Assembly (NCBI GenBank): GCA_964016885.1
Contig: OZ024740.1
Location: 97,898,001-97,962,000, forward strand
Direction: 5' to 3'
DNA: 64,000 nucleotides
Source of the DNA: Eledone cirrhosa
Lineage: Eukaryota
Shown here: in pieces, positions 52,208-63,799 of the stretch
How the letters are laid out: every line of letters starts with the position of its first letter
Position numbering within the stretch: the first letter of the stretch is position 1
Program-made: the position numbers and the translations under genes
The notes under the pieces: generated by a model
The model's input: only the letters and a program-made list of their open reading frames with translations
Database searches by the model: none
What the model was told of the DNA's origin: nothing

Positions 52208-53008
52208 ATCATCATCATCGTTTAACATCCATCTTCCACGCTAGCATGGGTAAGATGTGCTGTCCCATTGTGCGACAACCACGTTGTGCTTTGCTCATGT
52301 AGAACAGGTTTGGCTTGTTTGCTATAACTAGATGCGCTTCCTAATACCAACCACATTTACTGTGTGTACCATGTGCTTTTTGCCATAACATCTATATGAC
52401 CACTTTACAGTGTGGACTGGTTGCTTTTTATTGTGACTCTTATATGACTGCTTGACAGTGTGGACTGGGTGTTTTTTGTCATGACACCTACGTGACCACT
52501 TTACAGTTTGGGCAGGGCATGTTATGTCATGTCGCCAACACAAGTGTGTGTTTTACAGTGTGTGCTGGGTGATTATTTTTGTGGCTCCAGGATGACCACA
52601 TTATGGTGTGGAATGGGGACTTGAGTGGGGGAGTTGTATGGGGAATTAGGAGGTAGATATGGGGGTGGGGTGATTACAGCAAGGGAGGTGTATGTGAGGA
52701 GTGATGAGAAGGAAAGTGGTGCATAATACATGTATGCCACAGCTAGTGCATGTGGGAGGGTGGGTCTTCTGTATTACTGTGTAGTGCTACAGATCAAGAT
52801 CTTGTACCACCACTTTTGAGAGGTGCAATTATGCAAGGGGTCAGCTTTTATCACCTCATCCCAAGTCTTCCTAGGACTTCCCACTTCATAGCTTCCATCA
52901 ACTTTGAGCGCTCTGCACGATTTTATACAGCTTTCAGCATTCATATTCATCACCTGTCTATACCAACATAATCTCCTCTCTTGCACACTGCATATGATCC
53001 CTTATATG
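52208..53008 (-). mobile_element. Older RTE 3' fragment with expanded ~42-bp 3' UTR modules
   Basis: ORF 52774-52986 (GSPRKTWDEVIKAD); about 6 ACCACTTTACAGTGTGG units at 52350-52612; (CAT)n tail. Confidence 0.85.
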
Positions 53009-53009
53009 C

Positions 53010-53058
<49 letters not shown>

Positions 53059-54114
53059 CCTTTTCTACCCACCGAAATACGATTCTCGCTAAATCTATAT
53101 TTATATACATACACTGGATTATTAGTAGATATATCCAAGGATAAGAGCACTCAGTCCATAGGACGAGTTAAGTATGATTAGTTACAACAGTGACATCTAC
53201 ATGTACTTATGTTTTGTTGAGTGATACACCCCAAATCATTCAGTCTATAATATAAAAAGAACATAGCTACCTCCACTGGTTGACTGGAGGCTTTTAGAAA
53301 TTATGTGAGAACTCTTCAAAGCAGGTAATTTTGAATTTAGCTATAAATAAACAAAACTTTCAGATAGTGTAAAGGGAGGTAACTATCAAAAAACCAACAA
53401 AATAAGAAGTCAATGAAATTTATCTCATTAAGTTGCAACGCAAAGTTAACTTTGGTGAGATTGCAAACTGTAATTAAATGCCACAAAACATTTTGTCAAC
53501 CACCCTAAGGGTTCTTCCATTTCACCATCTCTGACATGATGATGATGATGGGATGCATATGATGTTGATGTTTCTATTGACGATAGTGTTGATATTGAAT
53601 TAAAACAATCCTAATGTATTTGTATAAAATGAAATTTTCAAAAACAAAACATACAAATTTTATATGTGTGGAAGGAAAAATATCTAAATTAAACAAGAAC
53701 ATGATAAGCTGTATATACAAATAGTCATGAAGGAGCCAATTTATGGTAATTCCATGATTCCTTATAAATCCTGATTTGCAAAAATAATTGGACAGTTGTA
53801 GGAGTATATCTGATCTAGATAATTCTTATCAGATTATTTTTTAGAAATGCTTTAGAATTTAAAATCAATATGTCTATACAAGCTGTAGTAAGTGTTGTAA
53901 TAGAAGATATTAGCTGCGGGCAATAGGGAGGTGTTGCATTTTTATTTGAAGCATTTATTTCTAAATAAATTAGTCCACCTAACTCTAAAGCAATACCATT
54001 ATCACCAACATTGTCATCATCTGATTGCTGTAACAGATGGCCACAATACATTTTCACCTATTGCAGATTTTGTAGTCAGTTGTGATCAAATGGTCGGGTG
54101 ATTAACAATGGCCA

Positions 54115-54330
54115 TCAGTAGGATTTGAACTCAGAACACAAAGCATTTAATATGACACTCTAACAATTCTACAATCCAATTCCATGAACAGCTACTTTAT
54201 TTTATCAACTCTGAATGGATGAAAGTAAATTTGACCGTGGCAGGATTTTATCTCAGTGTGCAGAAACTCGAAATTAAGATTACAGGATATTTTATCTGAT
54301 GTCCTAATGACTCTGCTGATTCACCATTAA
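54115..54330 (-). mobile_element. Two decayed S1-type SINE fragments
   Basis: GGATTTGAACTCAGAA; ACTTTATTTTATCAAC...GGATGAAAG...GGCAGGATTT. Confidence 0.6.
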
Positions 54331-54991
54331 GTAGATACCATTATTGATTACTTTTGTTGCTTATTAGCAGATAATCCATAAACAAACTGACCTAAGATGA
54401 AAAGCTTTTCAAACATGACCATGCAATCTTTTTGTATGTGCAAAAGTACACTGTCTAATATGTCATTCCCTTTTTCAAATAGTGCTATAGGATTTTATAA
54501 AGATTTTACTACAACATTTATCAGGTTGATCGACCACATGTAGGCTCCTTCAGTCATTGGCTGTCATAAGTGTCAAATTTAATTTTAAAATATCTATTTT
54601 GACTGGAACACTTTTTCCTATACATTCTCAATGAATTTGATGAATAATTAGAAACATATCTCCAATTCTATGACTTCGGTTTTCTATCACTTTGGTGAAG
54701 AGAATGTACTACAAGAGAATTCCCATGCAAAGATAATAACATTTCAACTTTTTATACAATAGATATTCGGCAGTATATTAACCCAGTGTATAAAAACGAG
54801 ATTACTTTGAATAAATGTTTCTCTCTCAGTTATATTGGTGATGTGAATGCATGCATATATATTATAGCATTATATGCATTTGCCTCACAGAATCATAATT
54901 ATGACTGTATTATATTTTAATACAAGTTTCCCTTGATAGATATTCAGTTCATTCCATTTCTTTATATATCTTAAATATTACCACTGTAGTT

Positions 54992-55310
54992 TATTACTGC
55001 ATAATGCCAGATATCTTGATCCTGTGTCTTGTCTTTGCGAGGTGTAATTGTGCAAGGTTAGCTTTTATCACCTCATCCCAAGTTTTCCTAAGTCTTCCTA
55101 CACCGTGGTTTTCACCAACTTTGAGTACCCTGCACATCTTTATACACCGGTCATCTGGCATACACATCACATGTCCATACCCACATAATTTCCTCTCTGC
55201 ACCTTGTATCTGACCCCTCTTATGCCCAGTTTCATTTATGCTTTGTTCATCTATGCTTTGCCGTTCATGTATATTACTATTACACATCCATCAAAGCATG
55301 CCAGCTTCAT
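54992..55310 (-). mobile_element. Older RTE 3' coding fragment
   Basis: ORF 54994-55287 (YGHVM, GRLRKTWDEVIKA); ends in (TA)n. Confidence 0.85.
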
Positions 55311-55529
55311 ACATTATATATATATATATATATATATTTGTGGTACACAAGAGGGTACTTAGCTCATCAATGAAGGAGTCACTCCAGGTAGAGATGCAAC
55401 AGCTCTAGTACTATAGATATGTAATCAGAATGTCTCAGAAGAGAATAACTAGACTTATTTTGTATACAAAGCCAACTGTCAGGAGACCTTCAGCAAGATG
55501 ATTCAATAACATCCATGAATAACATCTGT

Positions 55530-56350
55530 TGGTCAATAGGAGACAGTTGCTTCTGATAGAAACATCTGGAACGTATGTCTGCAGAAAGTTATAACACAGC
55601 TAATTAGGGAAAGAGTCAAATTAGACACGACACAGTTTGGTTTTAAGGATGGCTCTATGATTCCTTTGTGCAAAGGGTGATGCTGCATAGCAGTGAAACA
55701 TAGGTAGTAACTGCAGAATGCATGCATAGAGTGGAGAAAAATGAAGTTACCATGTTTCATTAGTTGTGCAATGTAAATCTAGGGGAAACTAGGCTTAAGA
55801 GGAATCTGGAGTGCTGTGCAAGAGATAAGACTGTATTGGTACGGTACGTATATTTTATGTGCATAGATGATGATTGTTGGGTGAAGAGGTGCCAAGAAAT
55901 ACCAGTGGTAGGAAGCCACAGTAGAGATAGACTAAGGAAGACCTGGGTGGAGTTGGTGAGAGCTGATTTCAAATCGCTGAGACCTATAGAGGAGATGACA
56001 AATGAACACGACAAGTGGATAGAAGTTGTGCTGAAAAAAGTCCATCCAACACATGAAAGCATGGGAAAAAGCCTTAAAAACGATAATGATTTTATATATA
56101 TATATGTATATTACCATCATCATCATTGTTTAACGTCCATATTCCACGCAAGCATGGTTTAGATGGGTTTATCCGCTTTAGAGACAAGTTGGGTCAGGTT
56201 ACTATGTCTTGCTCATAGAGGACTGTTTCTGGCTGTTTTTTTATGGCTGAATTTCCTTCCTAATGCCAAGGACATTTACAGTGTGTGCTGGGTGCTTTTT
56301 ACCATGTCATTTACATGACCACTTTGGCTGGATGTTTTGTTGTACCAATA
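55530..56350. mobile_element. Decayed plus-strand RTE (55530-56090) tail-to-tail with a minus-strand RTE 3' UTR (56113-56350)
   Basis: RLRKTWVELVRADF in ORF 55764-56162; CATCATCATTGTTTAACGTCC tail. Confidence 0.75.
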
Positions 56351-56408
56351 TAACATACACACATACCTATACATATATATACACACACACACATATATAT
56401 CATGATAA

Positions 56409-56452
<44 letters not shown>

Positions 56453-56536
56453 GTGTCATATATAGCCGGGTTGTCCTGCAATGCTAGGTTGGGTTAAGAT
56501 GTCTTGCTCTTACAGGACTGATTGTGGCTTCCTAAT

Positions 56537-57011
56537 GTGTAGGGGCCACAGAAGAAAAGCACCCAGCACTCACTGTAAATGAGGTTGGTGTTAGGAATGG
56601 CATCCAGCTGTAGAAATCAAGCCAGAATCAATTCCCATATGAGCAAGGCATGGTCAGCCAACCGGACACTGCCCACAACAAGACAACCCATCTAACCCAT
56701 GCTAGCATGGAAGAACGGACGTAAAATGGTGATGATGATGATGATGATGATGAAGCGATAAAGTAAGTTTCATATATTTTGGTCATAAGCTGTCACTGTA
56801 CTGAATATAGATTTCATTCATACATTCTTAGTTATAGGCTTCTTATTGCATCATGTAACTATTAGTTTTAAAGAAAATCAAATTGCTTAAATTCATATCC
56901 TCTGACATATTAATTATCATCTTAACACCTGCTATTTCCAAAAGAGAGATTTTTGGGAGCTCAAAGAAGGCACTTTTTAATACAGATACAACTTTTAATA
57001 CCATCTATATT
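56537..57011 (+). repeat. Duplicate of 2208-2679 (LINE 3' end plus ~260 bp of its flank)
   Basis: Direct alignment: about 5 substitutions and one extra GAT unit. Confidence 0.97.
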
Positions 57012-58332
57012 GCGGTGGGGGTGTGGGGCATATTGTCTATATGCTTCAGCTTGTACCCATGGGAGGTCGGGTACCCTGTATTACTGCGTGACGCCAGAAG
57101 TCACGGTCGTGTGTCATTGTCTTTGAGAGGTGTAATTGGGTAAGGTTGGCTTTTATCACCTCATCCCAGGTCATCTTGGGTCTCCCCACTCCGCGGTTTC
57201 CATCAACTTCTAGTACTCTGCACATTTTTATGCAGCTGTCATCCTTCATACGCATCACATGTCCATACCAGCGCACAGCATTTGATTCCTCTATGCTCAG
57301 TCTCTCTCTCAATTCATTTATGCTTTGTTGTTCACGTATATTACTGTTACACATCCATCGGAGCATGCAGGCTTCGTTTCTCTCTAATCTACGTAAGTCT
57401 TCCACCTTCAGCACCCAGGTCTCACTACCATGCAACATCGCTGTTCGGATACACGCATCATACAGTCTGCCTTCCATTCTGAGGGAGAAGCCTTTTGCAG
57501 CTAGCAGTGGTAGTAGTTCCCTAAACTTCTTCCATGCCGTTCTAACCCTAGTTATTGTACTTTCTGAACACCCACCTCCGTTGCTAATTCTGTCACCTAG
57601 GTAGCAGAAGCTGTCTACTGTTTCTACAGGGCCCTCCCAGAGATTGGTGGTACTTGTTTCCTGTGGCTGTTTGCTGCCTGCTGTCTCAGCACAGCTGCTG
57701 CATGTGAATCCTACATTCTTAATTAAGCTTCCTGAGATCCCGCTACATCTCTTGTGTACCCATTGTTTGCATTTGGGGCAGAGAATGGAGTTCCTACCTA
57801 CACCTTTCCTACATACTGAGCAAGGCCATTTCCCTGAGGGGATCTGGGTTCTGTTTTCTTGTCTACTTACAAGGACCTTAGTCTTTGTCATGTTGACTTT
57901 GAGACCCTTTCTTTCTAGTCCCTGCTTCCAAGTTTGGAATTTATTCTCTAGTTCTACCATAGATTCAGCTATGAGTGCGAGGTCATCAGCATACAGGAGT
58001 TTCCATGGGCATCCGGTCTTAAACTCCTCCGTTATTGCCTGCAGGACTATGATGAACAGGAGAGGGCTAAGAACAGAGCCCTGGTGGACCCCAACCTGTA
58101 CGCTAAATTCCTCGCTATACTCATTGCTAATCCTAACTTTGCTGACTGCTCCCCTATATATGGCTTGTACCGCTTTCACAAGCCATTCATCTACTCCTAG
58201 TTTTCTAAGAGCCCACCAGATTACAGCACGTGGAACTCTGTCAAAGGCTTTCTCAAGGTCGACAAATGCCAAGTAGAGTGGCTTACTTTTAGCTAGGTAC
58301 TTTTCCTGTAATTGCCTCACAAGGAAGAGGGC
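57012..58332 (-). mobile_element. RTE LINE subfamily A, 5'- and 3'-truncated
   Basis: ORF 57046-58350 (434 aa): FVDLEKAFDRVP, HQGSVLSPLLF, YADD, PHD finger, FCYLG; 5' end in TA/TG repeat. Confidence 0.96.
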
Positions 58333-58363
58333 ATATATGTGTGTGGGCATATATGTGTGTGGG

Positions 58364-58431
<68 letters not shown>

Positions 58432-58434
<3 letters not shown>

Positions 58435-58776
58435 GATATTAAATAAATGGAAATTATATTTATAAAACCATATTTATTTCATTATATATATTTCAGGGAT
58501 AACATATTAAAAATATGTTATGCCTTCTTCAGACAAAATACAATATAAACAGTCTTATAAATAAATAGATTCGACATACCTTTCAACTTCGACTTGCATT
58601 TGAAAAGTATGCAAGTCGAAGTTGAAAGGTATGTCGAATCTATTTATTTATAAGACTGTTTATATTGTATTTTGTCTGAAGAAAGCATAACATATTTTTA
58701 ATATGTTATCCCTGAAATATATATAATGAAATAAATATGGTTTTATAAATATAATTTCCATTTATTTAATATCGTA
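58432..58776. repeat. Near-perfect palindrome (168-bp arms, 9-nt loop), Penelope-like inverted pLTR
   Basis: 58432-58599 is the reverse complement of 58609-58776 with one mismatch seen. Confidence 0.95.
58670..58731 (+). ncRNA. Minimal type I hammerhead ribozyme motif (mirror copy 58477-58538 on minus strand)
   Basis: ttttgt CTGAAGA a(a/g)g c ataacatatt ttt aatatgttat c cct GAAA tatata TA atgaaa. Confidence 0.65.
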
Positions 58777-58876
58777 AATATACTCCAAATACTTGTTGAG
58801 TGCTTTTATATCAGTTATAAATATTTACTCGTTGTAACCCAACAATTTAAATATAACTTTCCATGTATATATATAT

Positions 58877-58908
<32 letters not shown>

Positions 58909-59209
58909 TTAACGTCCATCTTCCTCGCTAGCATGGGTAAAATAACAATCTTGTTTGTTTAATTTTGGCCGAAAAATGCTAGGATTTATAAAATGGCCTC
59001 ATTGTCCCTCTTATCCTTTACCCCCCATCCCCACTATAGCGTGTTACGCGCTGGCTAGCTCACCCTTTCAATCACTCCCTTCTCTCTCCAAATATAAATA
59101 AACCTGCTGTCAGGTACGAATCTCAGAATTTGTCAACGCTTAAAAATGGTCAGACCAAGTTGATGCGAAGTATAATGTAAATTGACCTTTTTCTTTCTTA
59201 TCTCTCTCC

Positions 59210-62200
59210 AGCCTATCGGTTCATTCATTCATATTGTTCTAAATAATCTTCTCCTTGCTATCGGTCCATTCATTCATATATCCGTATTATCGCCCAAAAT
59301 CCAATCTTTGCTCTCTGTCAATGCTATTCTATAATTCTGTCTGGTTGTTTCTAAATAATCTTCTTGTATTTTAAAATCCCATTATTCGCTTATTATTACT
59401 GTTATATGCTTCCCCAATTATGCCCCCCCAAAATTCGAAGATTTCATTTAAAACCTAACTACCCCATTTGTTCTAAATAATCTTCTCTTTGCTAACTATC
59501 CCATACCCCTCCCTCCCGCCCCCACTCTCCACCTTATTATTTGGACCAATCACAAGTCAACGGCCTATGCTATCACTTCTGGCCACTTTTCGATATGATG
59601 GATGGACTAAGGAATTTCTGGAGAGTCTGAAGAATCTGGACACTCGATGACAATGCCAAAGATAACGACAAATTGACCTCATGCTGCTGGACGAAAGGGC
59701 AAGGCCCCCTCCTCTTTGTTTCGGCCGCGGATGGCCAACATAACCCCAAACCCATCCCCCTCACCCATCCCTGCGCCCCATCCTCCAAACACAATCCAAA
59801 ACTTCAGAGTTAGTACCATAAATGTAGGCACCTTAAAAGGCCGCTCTAACGAGGTCGTAGAAATGCTTGAACGTAAGGAGGTTGATGTTTGCTCTATCCA
59901 AGAGACCAGGTGGAGGGGCGGGTCTGCTAGATTCATTGTGGGTAAAAAACGTTGCTATAAGATTTTCTGGGTGGGAAATGACAATGGGATAGGTGGGGTA
60001 GGAATCATGTTAGCAGAAAAATGGGTGGATAAGATAATAGATGTAAATAGAGTAAATGACAGAATAATTAAAATAAGACTTGTTCTAAATAGAACTACTG
60101 TGACAGTAATATCGGCATACACGCCCCAATCCGGACTGCCTGGCACTATAAAAGACAGATTATATGAGACACTGATGCTCACTACCTCCCAAATAACCAA
60201 CAGTGACTATATAATTATTGCTGGCCATCTAAATGGCCACGTTGGTCAACATTGTGACGGCTATGACGGAATCCACGGAGGCTATGGGTTTGGTACTAGA
60301 AATGAGGAAGGCTCAAGAATCCTGGAATTCTGTGCTGCAAATAACCTAACTATCTGTAACACTAACTTCAAAAAACGAGACAATCACTTGATCACCTACA
60401 GATCAGGGGAACATACCAGCCAGGTAGATTATATCCTTACCAGAAGACGTGACAGAGTGTCTGTTGTAAACACTAAATCCCTCCCCCATGAAGTATGCAC
60501 CTCCCAACATAGACTCATAGTTAGTGACCTCATAGACAGGACGAGACGTACTCGATAGCAGAAAAGGACTATCCTCAGGAGAAAAATATGGAAGCTAAAG
60601 GACCTCACAGCCAGAAATAAATTTAAAAGCATATTACTTGATACTTTCGACAGTAAGGAAGAGCAATTAGAGTCGTACAATATAGAGGAACAGTGGGAAT
60701 TCCTGAAAGCAAACCTGCTGATGGTGGCAGACGAAGTCTGTGGCTGGAGCAGGCCTGTAGGCAGGAGGAGAGTAACATGGTGGTGGAATAGTAAGGTGGA
60801 GGAGTCAATTAAGGCCAAAAAGCAGGCTTGGAAAGTATGGCGGGATGGGGGAAGTAGAGAAGACTATCAAGTGGCCAGGAGAGAAGCTAGGAGACAAGTG
60901 TACTTCGCAAGAAGGGAAGCAGAGGAAAGAAAGTTCAAGCATGTTCTACAACGCGAGGACGAAAAACGTGAGGTGTTCAGGATTGCTAGGCAATGTGTCA
61001 AGGAAAACCGTGATATTGTTGGGGAGAAGTGTGTACTTAATGATGATGGCGTACTTGCCATCACTGACGCTGATAAGAAGATAGCTTGGAAGTGTCACTA
61101 CGAAAGGCTACTAAATGAGGAGAATAAATGGGAGAAAGACAGTCTACCCCACATCGACCCAATAGAGGGACCAGCAGTGTTAGTCGAATGTAGTATAATA
61201 AGTAAGGCAATCGAAGATATGAAGACGGGTAAGGCGGCTGTGCATCGAAAATAGTTGCTGAGATGCTGAAAGCCTCTGGAACGGTGGGACACACCATGGT
61301 CACCCGGATAGTAAACCAAGTCATATAGAATGGGGTTGTTCCGAAGGACTGGCGTAGCAGCATCATCATTAACTGCTACAAGGGTAAAGGAGTCGCCCTA
61401 GATAGGAGTAACTATAGAGGCATTAAGTTAATCGACCAGGTCATGAAGGTCATGGAGAAAGTAATAGCGCAACTAATCAGAGAGAGAATCGATCTAGATG
61501 AAATTCAGTTCGGGTTTGTGTCAGGCAAAAGTACCACAGATGCTCTTTTCATTGTACGACAACTACAGGAGAAGTACCTAGCTAAAAGTAAACCCATATA
61601 CTTAGCTTTCGTCAACTTGGAGAAAGCCTTCGACAGAGTCCCCCGTTCCATTATCTGGTGGGCTCTTAGAAAATTAGGTGTTGATGAATGGCTTGTGAGA
61701 GCTATACAAGCCATGTATAAAGAACAATCAGCAAGGTTAGAATTAACAACGAATATAGTGAAGAGTTTAGCGTAAAAGTTGGTGTTCATCAGGGCTCTGT
61801 TCTTAGCCCACTACTATTTATTATTGCCCTTCAGGCTATAACAGTGGAGTTCAAACTGGCTGCCTATGGGAAATCCTATACGCTCATAGCAGAATCAATG
61901 GCCGAGCTAGAGAAGAAATTCCAAACATGGAAGCACGGCCTAGAATCAAAAGGCCTTAAAATTAACCTGGCTAAGACTAAAGTTCTAGTTTGTAGGAAAG
62001 AAAATAAGGCGCTGGTCCCTTCCGGGAAATGGCCATGCTCAGTGTGTAGAAAAGGCGTAGTTAGAAACTCCATTTTATGTCCCAAATGCTAAGTATGGGT
62101 GCATAAGAGATGTAGTGGGATCATAAGGTAAGCTAACTAAGAACATAGATTTTACATGTGGCCGGTGCTCTGGTGCAATAAGTAGCAGCAAGTGCCCACA

Positions 62201-63199
62201 AAATACTAGCTCTTTCAATTGCGCAGAGAGTTCTATAGAAATAGTGGACAGCTTCTGTTACCTGGATGACAAAATCAGTAGTGGGGGAGGGTGCTCTGAA
62301 AGTACAGTAGCTAGAGTCAGAACTGGATGGAAAAAGTTCAGAGAGCTTATACCACTTTTAGCCGCTAAAGGGTTCTCCCTAAAAATGAAAGGCAGGCTGT
62401 ATGATGCTTGCATACGAACAGCAATGTTGCATGGCAGTGAGACCTGGGCATTGTGTGCAGAGGATATACACAGACTAGAGAGGAACGAAGCTTGCATGCT
62501 CCGCTGGATGTGTAATAGTAATATACGCGAACGGCAAAGCATAAACGAACTAAGGGAAAAATTAGAAATAAGCGGGATCAGATGTTGTTTACTCGAGAGA
62601 AGGCTACGTTGGTATGGTCACGTAATGCGCATGAAAGACGACAGCTGTATAAAAAAGTGCAGGGCAATAAAGATAGACGGTAGCCACGGAGTAGGCAAAC
62701 CCAGAAAAACCTGGGACGACCTGATAAACTCCGACCTCACACACTTACACCTCTCCAAGACAATGTCACTGGACCGAGATCTTTGGCTGCACTCAGTAAT
62801 AGAGAAGACACGCCTTACCTAAATACAAAGTAAAACCTACTACAGTCAGTAGGCATCTCTAACAAAATACACCCCTGCCACATCCACACCGCCCCTTTCA
62901 ATGTAAAGTTATGTTGGTGCCACAACATCCAGGCCGAAACAAATGAGATCGTGTAGGTGTCACGACAAAATAACACACAGTCCACGCTGTAATGTGGCCA
63001 TGTAGGCAACACGGTAAAAACCTCCCAGTCCCACACTGTAAATGTGGTTGGTGTTAGGATGGGCATCCAGCTGTAGAAAACCCGCCAGACAGTCCTATGC
63101 GAGCAAGACAACCACTCTTGCCTCAAGTGGGAAAACTCCCGTCCAAACCCATGCAAGCGTGGAACATGGACATTAAACGATGATGATGATGATGATGAT
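59210..63199 (+). mobile_element. RTE LINE subfamily B, most complete copy, inactivated by stops and frameshifts
   Basis: ATG 59731; APE 59716-60558; linker 60721-61254; RT 61260-62092; C-terminus 62244-62822; (GAT)n tail; 5' UTR may begin near 58940. Confidence 0.96.
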
Positions 63200-63799
63200 A
63201 TATATATATATATTATGTATGAAATGTACATATACTTGTATATTTGTAAGGATTATGTCATCAATATTTCAATATTCAGAAATCTTAATCTCATACTCAC
63301 CATGTTTCCATATTCCAAAATTCTAAATAAGTAAACTTGCTTAAATTTATCAATAGTATATTTCTTTGAAAATATAATATATATTGAAAAGAAAGTATTA
63401 CTTGTTAATAAAAGAAATAACTGATTCTAAATTTAGACAAAACTATACAAAAAATCAATTGACGCAGACATGCTTTTATATTTTCATTTTTTTCATAAAT
63501 TTCATTACATAAAACAGAAATAGAAAAAATAAAGATTAAGTTTAGTTTTTGATAAAATAATTCTTAAGAAAACCTGATATATTTTCATAATATATAAGGC
63601 AAGTCACTTTGATCATGTCCCTTACCAACAAAAAATGAAATTACAAAATATTTCTCATGATAATAGTTGAGACCTTGTCTTTGAAAAAAAAGAGCTGGGT
63701 GGACAGTGAGATATTAACATTTTAGAAGTAAAATTGATTACTAAATCACAGCAAACTGACATTAATTTAGCCATTATTTCATAATTTACATTTTAGAAC

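Noticed and set aside
52350-52612. CRISPR-like regularly spaced repeats (also 28740-28910, 44645-44772)
   Set aside because: Inter-repeat segments are homologous to each other, the units are LINE UTR modules or minisatellite, and there are no cas genes in this eukaryotic context.
57146-58276. Recurrent long antisense ORFs over LINE copies (also 6669-7583, 10118-10933)
   Set aside because: Shadow frames of the RT coding strand; recurrence follows from copy homology and there is no independent protein signature.
56537-58332. Twin-priming 5' inversion as the origin of the 56.5-kb structure
   Set aside because: Segments converge tail-to-tail rather than diverging, and the body differs from the donor copy at 1-2420.
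57046-58350. 434-aa ORF as an active gene
   Set aside because: 5'-truncated LINE fragment; the start codon comes from flanking repeat, the endonuclease is absent, and compensating deletions alter the C-terminus.
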